A DNA stretch of 61,379 nt, filler included. It is 5 parts of 5 records of this genome, joined end to end, with 100 filler letters (N's around TTAATTAATTAA, not from the genome) between each part and the next. Parts side by side here need not be neighbours in the genome. Positions count along the whole stretch, not along the records: positions 1 to 19,281 come from SRR22947725_2274; positions 19,382 to 28,332 come from SRR22947725_2275; 3 more parts are not named here. The stretch is one strand, 5' to 3'. Under the pieces are notes generated by a model, which was not told the origin of the DNA, ran no database searches, and saw nothing but the letters and a program-made list of their open reading frames with translations. Made by a program: the position numbers and the translations under genes. This document shows, in pieces, positions 10,285 through 20,132 of this stretch (the first letter of the stretch is position 1; the number at the start of each line of letters is the position of its first letter).

Positions 10285-10929
10285 GTGAAAGAATTAAGAA
10301 AAATACCTCCAGCAACAGTTAAGAGGCTTCCTCTTTATCTTCAGTGCTTGGAGCAGGTTAGCTCAGAAGATATTGGTATATCTTCAAAAACACTTGCTGA
10401 ATTAGCAAAAGTTAACGATGCTCAAGTCAGAAGAGATTTATCTTATCTGGGTACTTTAGGGACTAGAGGGGTTGGTTATAATATTTCCACTCTACGAAAC
10501 CAAATACAACTTGAACTTGGTTTAGTTGAAGGTTGGAGTGCTGTAATAGTAGGTGTTGGTAACCTAGGTTCTGCACTTGCTCATTATGGAGGCTTTAAAG
10601 AAAGAGGCTTTGGGGTTGTAGCTCTTTTTGACGATGATCCAAAAAAAATAAATAAACAAATTGCAGGATTAGTTGTAAAACCTACTTCAGAATTAAATAA
10701 GGTTTGTAAAAAATATAATGTTGCTATAGGAATCATTGCGACACCTGGTAAGTTTGCACAATCTGTTGCTGATGAATTAATCAGCTGTGATGTACGTTCA
10801 ATTTTAAACTTCGCCCCAGTATTGCTTAAAAATACACCAGATGTCCAGATTAGGTCTGTTGATTTATCTCAAGAGCTTCAAATCTTAAGCTACTACCTTG
10901 ATAGACCTGTTTTAAAAGCAGTAAAATAA
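10285..10929 (+). CDS. rex: Redox-sensing transcriptional repressor Rex
   Basis: IPPATVKRLPLY, QVRRDLSYLG..G.RGVGY, VGVGNLGSAL, ILNFAP. Confidence 0.97.
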   Translation: MKELRKIPPATVKRLPLYLQCLEQVSSEDIGISSKTLAELAKVNDAQVRRDLSYLGTLGTRGVGYNISTLRNQIQLELGLVEGWSAVIVGVGNLGSALAHYGGFKERGFGVVALFDDDPKKINKQIAGLVVKPTSELNKVCKKYNVAIGIIATPGKFAQSVADELISCDVRSILNFAPVLLKNTPDVQIRSVDLSQELQILSYYLDRPVLKAVK

Positions 10930-10931
10930 CT

Positions 10932-12215
10932 CTATTCTGATTTCTGATAAGCGTAGCCAAATAAACTTCTTATAACTAAAGAAACAACTAGAGCAATCCA
11001 TAGTGAATTTAAGTTTGGCTCTCTTCCTACGAGGTAGATGCATAAGAAAATTCCAGTGATTGAAGATAGTACTGTGATAAATGAAAATTCGTATACTTTG
11101 TCTAGACCCAATAAAACTCCATCCCAAAGGAATGCGAAACTGCCAAATAATAAGCTAGTAGAAAATAACAACCTTATCTCTATGCTAATTTGAGAAAAAG
11201 ATTCTCCCGCAACATACATGATTAATTTATCTAGAGAGAAATAACTAAAAATAAATAGAAAGATTGAAAAAAATAAAGTTAACTTTATCAAGTTAAGATA
11301 TAACTTTGATTTGTAATATTTTAATCCTTTTGAAATGTGTTCTGAAATTAAAGTTTGGGATGCTATCGCTACGGAGTCTATGGCAACATAGCCGAAGGAC
11401 CAAAGTTGAAGTAATACATGCTGCAATGCTATATCTCTCATAGATAATATCGCGGCTTGATTTCTAAGAACAGTCATAAATCCAGTTAAAAACATAGATC
11501 TTAGGAGTATTTGTGTCCCAACAGAATAGAATTTCTTTCTAAGATATTTTTTATCAACTAATTCATTTGTTTGAACCAGTAACTTTACTTTCTTTCTTTG
11601 TATGTATGAGGAATATACAGCGGTGATGAAAAATGCTAATGAGCTTGCTATTCCAATACCTGCTATCCCAAAATTGAGAGTTACAGCAAATAGATAACTA
11701 AATAAAATATTTAATCCTGAAACAAGCAATGCGCTTCTCAAGGTTATCTGTGGAAATCTTAAGCCCCTCAGTACTGCAGTAGAGTGCATATTTATTAGAT
11801 AAAAAGTTATACCAATGCTTCTTAGACCCAAATATGTTTTTGCTTCTTCACTGACTGCAATCGTGGGTTGAAATGTTTTAATTAAGCTTTCTGAGAAAAA
11901 TAAAATTATGATTGTAGCTACAACACCAAGTAAAACCGACATTGTTCGACCATAAGTAATAAAGTATTTTAAATTTTGAAATTTCTTTTGTGTATTTAAT
12001 TTAGCAACTAATGGTGTTGTTCCGTAAGCCAAAAAAATGAAAACCCAAACTAAAACGAAGTAAATGGTTTCGCCAATACCAACTCCTGAAAGAAATGTTT
12101 CTCCTAACATTGAAGCGATTTTGGAGTCGACAAGTCCTACGACTGGTTCAGTTACTAACCAGATGAATATCGGATATGAATTTTGCCATATGTCGGCTTT
12201 TACATTATTCATCAA
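10932..12215 (-). CDS. MATE (DinF-like) efflux transporter
   Basis: EP..GLVDS N-terminal MATE motif, about 12 hydrophobic segments, GIAGIGIAS. Confidence 0.85.
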   Translation of the reverse strand: MMNNVKADIWQNSYPIFIWLVTEPVVGLVDSKIASMLGETFLSGVGIGETIYFVLVWVFIFLAYGTTPLVAKLNTQKKFQNLKYFITYGRTMSVLLGVVATIIILFFSESLIKTFQPTIAVSEEAKTYLGLRSIGITFYLINMHSTAVLRGLRFPQITLRSALLVSGLNILFSYLFAVTLNFGIAGIGIASSLAFFITAVYSSYIQRKKVKLLVQTNELVDKKYLRKKFYSVGTQILLRSMFLTGFMTVLRNQAAILSMRDIALQHVLLQLWSFGYVAIDSVAIASQTLISEHISKGLKYYKSKLYLNLIKLTLFFSIFLFIFSYFSLDKLIMYVAGESFSQISIEIRLLFSTSLLFGSFAFLWDGVLLGLDKVYEFSFITVLSSITGIFLCIYLVGREPNLNSLWIALVVSLVIRSLFGYAYQKSE

Positions 12216-12510
12216 AGTTTGATATCTCTGAGGCTTTATGAATTCCCCACTGCATGATTAAAAAAAATGTTTCTTCTGAAAAACTTCTAGGTGTGAGCGT
12301 TTCTTTAAACTGGTAATTCTCAGAGAGGAATTTATTTACTACCTGAGTTGGTGTATATTTCTGGGTAAGTGGATTTTTTGTAAACTCTTCCTTTAAAATT
12401 GTTTCCAACATTCCCCTATTTTTATCTGTGATCTTAATACCAACAGAAAGTAGATGTTTTTCTGTGTCTTTTAGAAGTCCTTCAATTAGAGGAATTGACG
12501 AATATGTCAT
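12205..12510 (-). CDS. Hypothetical protein
   Basis: 101-aa ORF overlapping the flanking genes at both ends, as in a translationally coupled operon. Confidence 0.7.
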   Translation of the reverse strand: MTYSSIPLIEGLLKDTEKHLLSVGIKITDKNRGMLETILKEEFTKNPLTQKYTPTQVVNKFLSENYQFKETLTPRSFSEETFFLIMQWGIHKASEISNFDE

Positions 12511-13517
12511 TGAAAGATCTGAACAATAATTAAACCTAGTGGGCCAGATACTATACCTATCCCTACTCTTTTAAACTCGCCATCTAAGATTGTATTTCTA
12601 TGTGTTTCTGAACTCATTAAACTCTCGTGTCCGGCAACAAGTGTTGATGCTATAGCCAAATTTTCTGCAACAGTTTTGTATGGAAGACCTACTTCACTTA
12701 ACCTGTCTCCCACTTGTTGACCATTTAATGGATTTTTATGACACCAAAATCCCTCTTCATACATTAGAAAAGCATATGAATTTGCAATGTCAGAAAGTCT
12801 TTGAGAAAACTCAACTGGATCAACATTGTTGTTAATCCGTTCAATGTTTAAAATTTCAAACATCTCAAGAGATTCCTCTCCCCTAGCTATTAGCTTTGAC
12901 CTAGAAACTTTTGGAATCTCTAAACAACCAAATTCATCAACTACAACTGATGACTCTCCCGTTAAGTCTTTTATTCTTGAGACAACTTTGAGTAGATCAT
13001 TTCCAATAATTACTTCTAAAGCTTGTTGAGGAGTTCCATCAGGATCGGTGTAAAAAGATACTAAGTCTGAGCGTTCAAGATAGTCTTCTACTAGAGGAGT
13101 AGTGTTGATTAAGGATATAATCGTAAATACAAAAGTCAAGATTAAATTACTCAATAAAAGAGATAGTAAAGTACCCAGTAACTTGCTTCCAACATCATTT
13201 TTGCTCTTAACAGAGAGGATAATGTTTTGAATTAAAGATGAAATCGTTATGATTCCAATAAAAATAATAACACCAGCGAAGAGTTCAGATAATTGTCTTC
13301 CTGAATTTAGCCATCCACTTATATACGTACCAATAACGTCCGAGTACCTGAAACTTAAAAAAATAGCTACTAATAGTGAAGAGATATAGAAAACAATAAG
13401 AATTGAACCATTTTTCCATCCAAAATATAGAAAATAAAAAATGAAAATATATAATAATATATCCACATATTCTTGATTGTTTAATGTATTTAGTATGTTT
13501 TCAAGTATTTCAGTCAT
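12507..13517 (-). CDS. CvpA-like membrane domain fused to CAP/SCP domain protein
   Basis: N-terminal hydrophobic helices with CvpA-like GWKNG; C-terminal CAP motifs NIER, AENLA, HESLMSSETHRNTIL, VGIG. Confidence 0.8.
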   Translation of the reverse strand: MTEILENILNTLNNQEYVDILLYIFIFYFLYFGWKNGSILIVFYISSLLVAIFLSFRYSDVIGTYISGWLNSGRQLSELFAGVIIFIGIITISSLIQNIILSVKSKNDVGSKLLGTLLSLLLSNLILTFVFTIISLINTTPLVEDYLERSDLVSFYTDPDGTPQQALEVIIGNDLLKVVSRIKDLTGESSVVVDEFGCLEIPKVSRSKLIARGEESLEMFEILNIERINNNVDPVEFSQRLSDIANSYAFLMYEEGFWCHKNPLNGQQVGDRLSEVGLPYKTVAENLAIASTLVAGHESLMSSETHRNTILDGEFKRVGIGIVSGPLGLIIVQIFQ

Positions 13518-13582
13518 TTTATGTATAAATTAATTAAATATGCTATTTGAAGAGTACTAAAAACACGCTATTGTTGTAATAC

Positions 13583-13605
13583 ATTCCTACAAATAATGTA
13601 GGAAT
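13583..13605. promoter_or_regulatory. Perfect 9-bp inverted repeat in the 5' region of the SBP gene (operator or 5' UTR hairpin)
   Basis: ATTCCTACA-AATAA-TGTAGGAAT, just downstream of a plausible TTGAAG-N16-TATTGT promoter (13547-13574). Confidence 0.5.
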
Positions 13606-13635
13606 TTTTATTTTCAGTGACTGAAAGGAAATTAT

Positions 13636-14925
13636 ATGAAGAATCGCAAAGCTATTGCTTTGATTGCGATTTTAGCGATTTTCGCTGCAGCTTGTGGTAC
13701 AGCTGAGGAAGTGGTTGAGGAAGAGACAGTAGCAACTGAAGCTCCCGCGACAACTGAAGCTCCTGCTACTACTGTTGCTGCTCCTACTGCTGACCCACTT
13801 GTATTGGCATCTTTAATGCCATTATCAGGTGATTTAGCATCTCTAGGACCTGGTATTGCACTAGGTGCGGCACTCGCTGTTGAGCAAATCAATGCTGCTG
13901 GCGGTATTAATGGAGCCGATGTAACCCTTATCGAGGGAGACAGCGGTTGTGATGGAGCTATTGCTCTAACCAATTTAAATGATGTTGTTGCACAAGGTGC
14001 ACAAGGAGTTATGGGAGCCGCATGTAGTGGTACCTCACTAGCTATTCTTGATGCCGCAATTGCAGCTGAAGTTGTTATGGTATCTCCATCTAATACAAGT
14101 CCTCAATTTACCAAAATGGATAAAAAAGGATTTTACGCAAGAACTGCTCCTTCCGATCTTTTACAAGGTGAAGTATTAGCTTCTCTACTTGTTGAAGATG
14201 GCGTGAAGACAGTTTCAATTATTTCAAGAGCAGACTCTTATGGTAGAGGTCTAGCAGAAGCTACAGCTTCAGCTTTTGAAGCTGTTGAAGGTAATACAGT
14301 TAAAACAATTGTTTACCATGCAACTGATGCATCTGAATTTAGTGCAGAAGTAACAGCTTTAGCTAAAGGTGGTGCCGAAGCTATTGTTGGAATCTTGTTC
14401 CCAGAAACTGGTTGTGGGGTTCTACAACCTGCTTTTGAGCAAGGACTACTAGACACACCTTGGTACATGACTGATGGTGTTAAAGATGCTGGACTTGCGT
14501 CATTGTGTGGACTTGGTACCGCACTTGATGGATTCAAAGGTACTGCACCTGGTTCTACAGCTGGAGAAGCAAAAGATGCTTTTGAAGCTGCTTATGCCGG
14601 AGTTAGTGCTGATGGATCACCAACATTTATTTTTGCTCCACAAGCATACGATGCTGTCATGTTAATGGCAATATCTGCTGCTGCAAATGGTGTTACTGGA
14701 CCTGAAATTGCTTCAGGATTAGTTGCAGCATCATCTGGTGGGGAAAAATGTATTGGCGTTAGCTGTATAGCACTTGCTGCTGCAGGTGTTGACGTAGACT
14801 ACGTTGGAGCTTCTGGTGAGATTGAATTAAATCAAGCTGGTGACCCAACTGCTGCTACATACGATATTTGGACAACTGAGGGTGACACAAACCCAATCCT
14901 TAAATCAGTGGACTTCGGTTCATAA
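13636..14925 (+). CDS. Branched-chain amino acid (LivJ/K-like) ABC substrate-binding lipoprotein
   Basis: Lipobox AAAC, Ala/Thr/Pro linker, INAAGGING, SPSNTSP, ARTAPSD. Confidence 0.9.
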   Translation: MKNRKAIALIAILAIFAAACGTAEEVVEEETVATEAPATTEAPATTVAAPTADPLVLASLMPLSGDLASLGPGIALGAALAVEQINAAGGINGADVTLIEGDSGCDGAIALTNLNDVVAQGAQGVMGAACSGTSLAILDAAIAAEVVMVSPSNTSPQFTKMDKKGFYARTAPSDLLQGEVLASLLVEDGVKTVSIISRADSYGRGLAEATASAFEAVEGNTVKTIVYHATDASEFSAEVTALAKGGAEAIVGILFPETGCGVLQPAFEQGLLDTPWYMTDGVKDAGLASLCGLGTALDGFKGTAPGSTAGEAKDAFEAAYAGVSADGSPTFIFAPQAYDAVMLMAISAAANGVTGPEIASGLVAASSGGEKCIGVSCIALAAAGVDVDYVGASGEIELNQAGDPTAATYDIWTTEGDTNPILKSVDFGS

Positions 14926-14940
14926 TTCTTTTAAAGAATT

Positions 14941-14972
14941 AAAAAAAGGCCTGTGAAAACAGGCCTTTTTTT
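14941..14972. terminator. Bidirectional rho-independent terminator
   Basis: A7-GGCCTG-TGAAAA-CAGGCC-T7 between the convergent SBP and livF genes. Confidence 0.9.
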
Positions 14973-15688
14973 TATAGTTTTCCTAAATATAAGTCAACAA
15001 CTCTTGGATCATCAAGTAGATCTGTTCCTGTTCCTTGATAAGCATTCCTACCCTGATCCAATACATATCCTCTGTTACTGAACTTCAATGCTCTCTTCGC
15101 ATTTTGCTCAACTAAGAGAATTGAGACCCCTTTTAGATTAATATTCTTTATGGTTTTAAACACATCATCTATTGCAAGAGGTGATAGACCAGCTGAAGGC
15201 TCGTCTAGAAGAAGTAGTTTGGGGGAAGTCACTAGGGCCCTTGCTAGTGCTAATATCTGTCTTTGCCCACCAGATAAGTTTCCAGCCTTTTCTTTTCTTC
15301 TTTCCTCTAATAAGGGAAATTCTTGATATAGCTCATTGATACTTTGCTTTGCGTTTTTACCTAAAGACCATGATCCCATTTCTAGATTTTCTTCGATAGT
15401 TAAAGATGGAAATACGTTTTGCACCTGAGGAACATACCCAACTCCCTCATTTACAATTTTATGGGTTGGTAAGTTAGTTTTTTCTAAACCTTCTATAAAA
15501 AAACGACCGGCTGAAATATTTATTAAGCCCATGATTGCTTTTAATAAAGTTGATTTACCAGCTCCGTTGGGTCCAATTATTGATACGATTTCTCCCTCAG
15601 AAACAACCAAGTCTACCCCTTGTAATATGTTCAATCCTTTTACATACCCTGCCGCAATTCCATTGCATTCTAAAATTGGATTATTCAT
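14972..15688 (-). CDS. livF: Branched-chain amino acid ABC ATPase (LivF-like)
   Basis: GPNGAGKS, LSGGQRQ, LLLDEPSAGL. Confidence 0.9.
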   Translation of the reverse strand: MNNPILECNGIAAGYVKGLNILQGVDLVVSEGEIVSIIGPNGAGKSTLLKAIMGLINISAGRFFIEGLEKTNLPTHKIVNEGVGYVPQVQNVFPSLTIEENLEMGSWSLGKNAKQSINELYQEFPLLEERRKEKAGNLSGGQRQILALARALVTSPKLLLLDEPSAGLSPLAIDDVFKTIKNINLKGVSILLVEQNAKRALKFSNRGYVLDQGRNAYQGTGTDLLDDPRVVDLYLGKL

Positions 15689-16451
15689 GAGCTGTACCTA
15701 AATAAGCTTCAATCACCTTATCATTACTTCGAACAGTTTGCGGTGTACCTTCTGCAATTACTTTTCCTTCTGCTAGCACGACCACTCTTTCAGATATCTT
15801 CATTACTGCTTCAATATTATGTTCAACCATAAGAATTGTTATCCCTTGATCTGATAAGTTTTTTATTTTTTCAAGAAGATCTTCAGCTAGTTTTGGGTTT
15901 ACGCCAGCAAGTGGTTCATCAAGTAGTAATAAATCTGGGTTTTTCATTAAAGATCTTCCTAGTTCTAATAATTTTTTTTGCCCACCTGATAACTCACGCG
16001 CATAAGATTGTGACATTTTTTCAATATTTAAATCTTGCATAATTTCAAATGCTCTCTCTTCCAAATCAGATTCATATTTTTTACTTGAGGAAGTATTGAG
16101 AATAGATTGAAAAAATGAGTCATTCTTAATGCTCGAACCTGAAAACATAAGATTTTCTAAAACCGTCATTCTGTCAAAAACTTTAGTTAATTGAAAAGTT
16201 CTAATAAGCCCAAGTCTTGAAATCTTATATGGCTGAGTCTTTGTTATTTTTTTGTTTTTAAAGTAAATCTCTCCAGTATCTCCCTGTTGAAATCCCGAAA
16301 CTAAGTCAAAAAAGGTAGTCTTACCTGCCCCATTTGGTCCAATGACAGATGTTAATTCATTTTTATTAAATGAAAGGTGTTCAACATCTACTGCTTTTAG
16401 TCCTCCGAATGTTTTTTTTAAATTTTTTACTTCTAACAATTTATTTGACAT
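15681..16451 (-). CDS. livG: Branched-chain amino acid ABC ATPase (LivG-like)
   Basis: FGGLKAV, GPNGAGKTT, RTFQ, LLLDEP, VIEAYLG; start moved to MSNKLL. Confidence 0.9.
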   Translation of the reverse strand: MSNKLLEVKNLKKTFGGLKAVDVEHLSFNKNELTSVIGPNGAGKTTFFDLVSGFQQGDTGEIYFKNKKITKTQPYKISRLGLIRTFQLTKVFDRMTVLENLMFSGSSIKNDSFFQSILNTSSSKKYESDLEERAFEIMQDLNIEKMSQSYARELSGGQKKLLELGRSLMKNPDLLLLDEPLAGVNPKLAEDLLEKIKNLSDQGITILMVEHNIEAVMKISERVVVLAEGKVIAEGTPQTVRSNDKVIEAYLGTAHE

Positions 16452-17496
16452 TAAGTAGCAACTCCTCTTTTTTACCAAGTAAGCCGCTGGGTCTAAATAT
16501 CATAAGTAACATAATCAATAATCCAACAAGCATAAACCTAACGCCTGCCAACTGTTGTCCATCTGCATTCTCAAAAATTAAAGAAGCAATTTTATCAGTT
16601 TCTGAAATAATTGCCCAAAAAATTATAGATCCAAAAATTGGTCCAGTTAAACTACCAACCCCTCCAAGAATCATTATTGCCCATACGTAAAAAGTTAAAA
16701 GTGGTATAAAAATAGTTGTTTCTACAAATCCATAATTAAAAGCTAAGAAAACACCAGAAACACCCGCTATTCCCGCGCCAAGCATGAAGCTTTGCAGCTT
16801 TAGCCAAACTGCATTCTTTCCTAATGCACGTACGGCATCCTCGTCTTCTCTAACTGCCCTTAAGGCTCTTCCCCAAGGTGAACTACTCAATCTTTTAAGT
16901 AACAACAATACAAGAAATACAGATATCCAAGATAGTAAGCCTACCCAGATTTGAGCAGGTGCTAAATCAAGACTAATAACAGCTTCATCAAAAAAAACTG
17001 GTCGATACTTCTGAAGAGCTGATGAAAAATTAATAATTCCATACACTCCTCCGGTAATTGACTCAAGGTCGCGGACTAATAGTCTAAAAATCTCTGCAGC
17101 AGCAATTGTTACTATAGCCAGATAGTCTCCCCTTAATCTCATTGCTGGAAGACCTAAGAGTAATCCAAAGAGAGAAGCTGCAATAATCCCGATTAATAAA
17201 GCTAATAGAAAAGGTAGTCCATTTTCATTTATTTCTCCTTCTCTTCCAGCTGCGTGAGGAATCAAAAGAAGAGTAACATATGCTCCAACTCCCATGAAAG
17301 ATGCGTGCCCAAAGTTTAGCAATCCAGTCAATCCAAAATGAACATTTAAACCCACAGCAGCAAGTGCGTAAATGCCAGCAAAAGTAAGGAGGTTAGCAAG
17401 AATCCTTAATTGGCCATCCGGGTTTAATACAAACACTAGAGCTAAAGATGAAAAAGTTAAAACTAGAGTAGTAATCCATTTGGCAGAAATGTTCAT
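16441..17496 (-). CDS. livM: Branched-chain amino acid ABC permease (LivM-like)
   Basis: GLTGLLNFGH, RLRGDYLAIVT, GRALRAVREDE. Confidence 0.9.
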   Translation of the reverse strand: MNISAKWITTLVLTFSSLALVFVLNPDGQLRILANLLTFAGIYALAAVGLNVHFGLTGLLNFGHASFMGVGAYVTLLLIPHAAGREGEINENGLPFLLALLIGIIAASLFGLLLGLPAMRLRGDYLAIVTIAAAEIFRLLVRDLESITGGVYGIINFSSALQKYRPVFFDEAVISLDLAPAQIWVGLLSWISVFLVLLLLKRLSSSPWGRALRAVREDEDAVRALGKNAVWLKLQSFMLGAGIAGVSGVFLAFNYGFVETTIFIPLLTFYVWAIMILGGVGSLTGPIFGSIIFWAIISETDKIASLIFENADGQQLAGVRFMLVGLLIMLLMIFRPSGLLGKKEELLLNVK

Positions 17497-18410
17497 GAAA
17501 TTCTTTCTTTTTGGCCAAAAATACCTTGAGGTCTAAATAAGAGAATTACAATCATTAACCCAAGGGCAACTGCATTTTTAGCTTCAATATGACCCTCCAT
17601 AAATGGAAATGCTACTGAAACTTGAACAAATATACCAATAAGCAATCCCCCAACCATTGCACCAAATGATGTTCCGATTCCACCAAGTACTGTTCCTGCA
17701 AAAACGAGCAAGAGTATTAAAAAGCCCATATTGTATCTAATATCGTTAATTACACCTTGAAATATGCCTGCAAGGCCAGCTAGCATGCTTGAGGAAATCC
17801 ATGTAATCAAAATAATATTATCAGAATTAATACCTGAAATACTGGCCAATTCACCAGAGTCTCTAACAGCTCTCATAGCTTTTCCAATTCTTGTAAAAGT
17901 TAGTAATAGACCAATTAAGACCATTACAATTATGCCGGCAATCAGGACTCTAAAATTTCTCGGAGTCATGTCAAAAAATAAATAAGTTACTCGTCTCTCA
18001 AGTTCAAGTGGAAAGTTTTGGACTCTACCTGTTGCAAAAATAAGATATAGATGTCTTATAAAAATAGAAAGACCAATAGTTACAACTAGTATTGCAATAT
18101 TTCCAACCTCAGCTTTTCTGAGTGGCCTAAACAATATTAATTCAAGTAGACCTCCAAAAACTCCACACAAAATTACTGCTAGAAATGCTGAAATGACAAA
18201 ATCTAGACCAAGGGGTGAGAACCTATCTAAATAAATAACTCTTGAATCAACTGGATTCGAAAAAAATAGTGTCATAATTGCGCCAAGAGCAATGATTTCT
18301 CCATGTGCAAAATTAACAATCCTTGTAACACTGTAAAGCAAAGACAAAGCAACCGATGCGACTGAAATAATTATTCCCAAAAGTAGGCCATTTCCAAGTT
18401 GATCAATCAT
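17493..18410 (-). CDS. livH: Branched-chain amino acid ABC permease (LivH-like)
   Basis: IVNFAHGE, TRIGKAMRAV, VLGGIG, RPQGIFG. Confidence 0.9.
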   Translation of the reverse strand: MIDQLGNGLLLGIIISVASVALSLLYSVTRIVNFAHGEIIALGAIMTLFFSNPVDSRVIYLDRFSPLGLDFVISAFLAVILCGVFGGLLELILFRPLRKAEVGNIAILVVTIGLSIFIRHLYLIFATGRVQNFPLELERRVTYLFFDMTPRNFRVLIAGIIVMVLIGLLLTFTRIGKAMRAVRDSGELASISGINSDNIILITWISSSMLAGLAGIFQGVINDIRYNMGFLILLLVFAGTVLGGIGTSFGAMVGGLLIGIFVQVSVAFPFMEGHIEAKNAVALGLMIVILLFRPQGIFGQKERIS

Positions 18411-18419
18411 AAATCTCTT

Positions 18420-19265
18420 TCATCCATCATTGAATATTACTTCTGAACCGTCGATAATTTCAACCAATAATCTGTAAGATTCTGTTACATTATTCAAAGT
18501 ACCAATGCTAGCATTTATCCAATTTGACGGAGTGTCTGCTTTTCCCGAAACGACTATGGGCAAATTTTCTGAAACATTTATTTCATAAACTCCATTAATT
18601 AATAATTTTTCTAATTTTAGATTCTCACCTAGGTTAATTGTTCCCGTTCCTGAGAGAGTAGCTTCGTGAATCTCTAAATTGTTCAAATCTATATTGGAAT
18701 CAATTGAAAAAATATCTAAGTCCCATCTATTTTTATTCCCTAGCTGTATTTGCCAACCTTTTATTTTCAACAAGGAACTTGTTTTAACACTTCTAAATAT
18801 TACAGCACGAGGATTTCCTACTAAAGTCTCTATGGCTTCTGGATAACCTGCAATGCCCGGCTTGTTTATAATATCTATTTTATAACCAGTACCCTCATAA
18901 GCACTGAGGTTAATTGCAATACCTTCATTAACAACTACCTTATAAATATTTTCATTATCAAGTGTTATATTCTCAAAAGAGTAATTTTGTGAATAAGTCC
19001 CTAGAAAAGTAGCTTTAGTTGCGTGGCCAAGTAAAAAAATCAGTCCAACCGATATCAGTAATGCGTATGAATAAAACTTTATGGCTTCAGATATTATTTT
19101 TGATTTCGGAAGCAATATAAGAAATAGTGGAATTAATGTGAGTGGCCAATAATCTAAATAGTCATAAATTATGGAAAGTCTCAAGATTCCAAAAAAATAA
19201 AGAGAGAAATGCAGACCAACAATGATAAAAAAAATAGTTCTTAATGTTGAGTAGTAGTTTTTCAC
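18420..19265 (-). CDS. Hypothetical membrane-anchored protein (N-terminal TM helices, beta-rich C-terminal domain)
   Basis: 281-aa ORF with three hydrophobic segments including YWPLTLI, reminiscent of LiaF/LiaI-type TM regions; same strand as and 9 nt upstream of livH. Confidence 0.7.
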   Translation of the reverse strand: MKNYYSTLRTIFFIIVGLHFSLYFFGILRLSIIYDYLDYWPLTLIPLFLILLPKSKIISEAIKFYSYALLISVGLIFLLGHATKATFLGTYSQNYSFENITLDNENIYKVVVNEGIAINLSAYEGTGYKIDIINKPGIAGYPEAIETLVGNPRAVIFRSVKTSSLLKIKGWQIQLGNKNRWDLDIFSIDSNIDLNNLEIHEATLSGTGTINLGENLKLEKLLINGVYEINVSENLPIVVSGKADTPSNWINASIGTLNNVTESYRLLVEIIDGSEVIFNDG

Positions 19266-19268
19266 TGA

Positions 19269-19281
19269 GAGCCGGAGAGGG
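19269..19281 (-). tRNA. Possible 3' end of a tRNA (Thr-like) cut by the contig end
   Basis: Reverse complement CCCTCTCCGGCTC is GC-rich in an AT-rich contig and resembles a T-stem/acceptor 3' strand ending GGCT(CCA); only 13 nt visible. Confidence 0.35.
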
Positions 19282-19381
19282 NNNNNNNNNNNNNNNNNNN
19301 NNNNNNNNNNNNNNNNNNNNNNNNNTTAATTAATTAANNNNNNNNNNNNNNNNNNNNNNNNNNNNNNNNNNNNNNNNNNNN
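19282..19381. other. Artificial contig spacer
   Basis: N44-TTAATTAATTAA-N44 (stops in all six frames). Confidence 0.99.
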
Positions 19382-20112
19382 TGAACATGCAACCATCTGA
19401 AGATATCGTGCCGACGCAGCCTATTTTTGGTGAAGAGGCTAATGAGCTGGCCGATGTCATGCAAAATCTCAGCCTAGATAAGCTTCAATCCTTGATGGGG
19501 ATCAGTGAAAATTTGGCCAAGCTGAATGCTGACCGGTTTGCCCATTTCGGATCACAGGATAAAAAACCGGCGGCGCTTGCTTTTGCTGGTGATACTTATT
19601 TGGGGTTGGAGGCGGCAAGTCTTGAACCAGATGAAATGGCATGGGCGCAAAATCATTTGCGGGTGTTGTCGGGCCTCTATGGGGTGTTGCGGCCACTTGA
19701 TGCCATTGAGCCTTATCGCTTGGAAATGGGCAGCCGGTTAACAACAAAGCTGGGTAAATCACTTTATGATTATTGGGGCACAAAAATTGCTGAGGCTCTT
19801 AATAAACAAGCGGCTGCCACCGGTTCCAATTTATTGGTAAATTGCGCTTCGAAAGAATACTTTAGCGCTGTTGATCTAGCTAGTCTTACTTTGCCTGTTG
19901 TGACACCGATCTTTTTGGAAAATAAAAATGGCAAAGCGAACATCGTCAGCTTTTATGCAAAAAAAGCACGTGGCGCGATGGCACGGTTTGTTGTTCAAAA
20001 CAGACTTAAAACCAAAGATGATTTAAAAGGATTTGCTGCTGGCGGCTATTGCTATCAGCCAGATCAATCAGATACTGACCATATTGTTTTTGAACGCGAG
20101 GCTTCGGTTTAA
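19382..20112 (+). CDS. yaaA: Peroxide stress protein YaaA (N-terminus slightly truncated by the contig edge)
   Basis: LMGISENLAKLN, F.GDTYLGL, LSGLYGVLRPLD.IEPYRLEMG, NCASKEY, SFYAKKARG; usual N-terminal SPAK is missing. Confidence 0.93.
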
Positions 20113-20132
20113 TTGTCCCGGATATGTCCGCC

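Noticed and set aside
13729..13790. Short tandem repeat GCAACTGAAGCTCC / ACAACTGAAGCTCC
   Set aside because: Encodes the Ala/Thr/Pro linker of the lipoprotein; not a CRISPR or mobile repeat.
19326..19337. TTAATTAATTAA palindrome recurring four times
   Set aside because: Always embedded in identical N runs; it is a synthetic six-frame stop linker, not a biological repeat or CRISPR.
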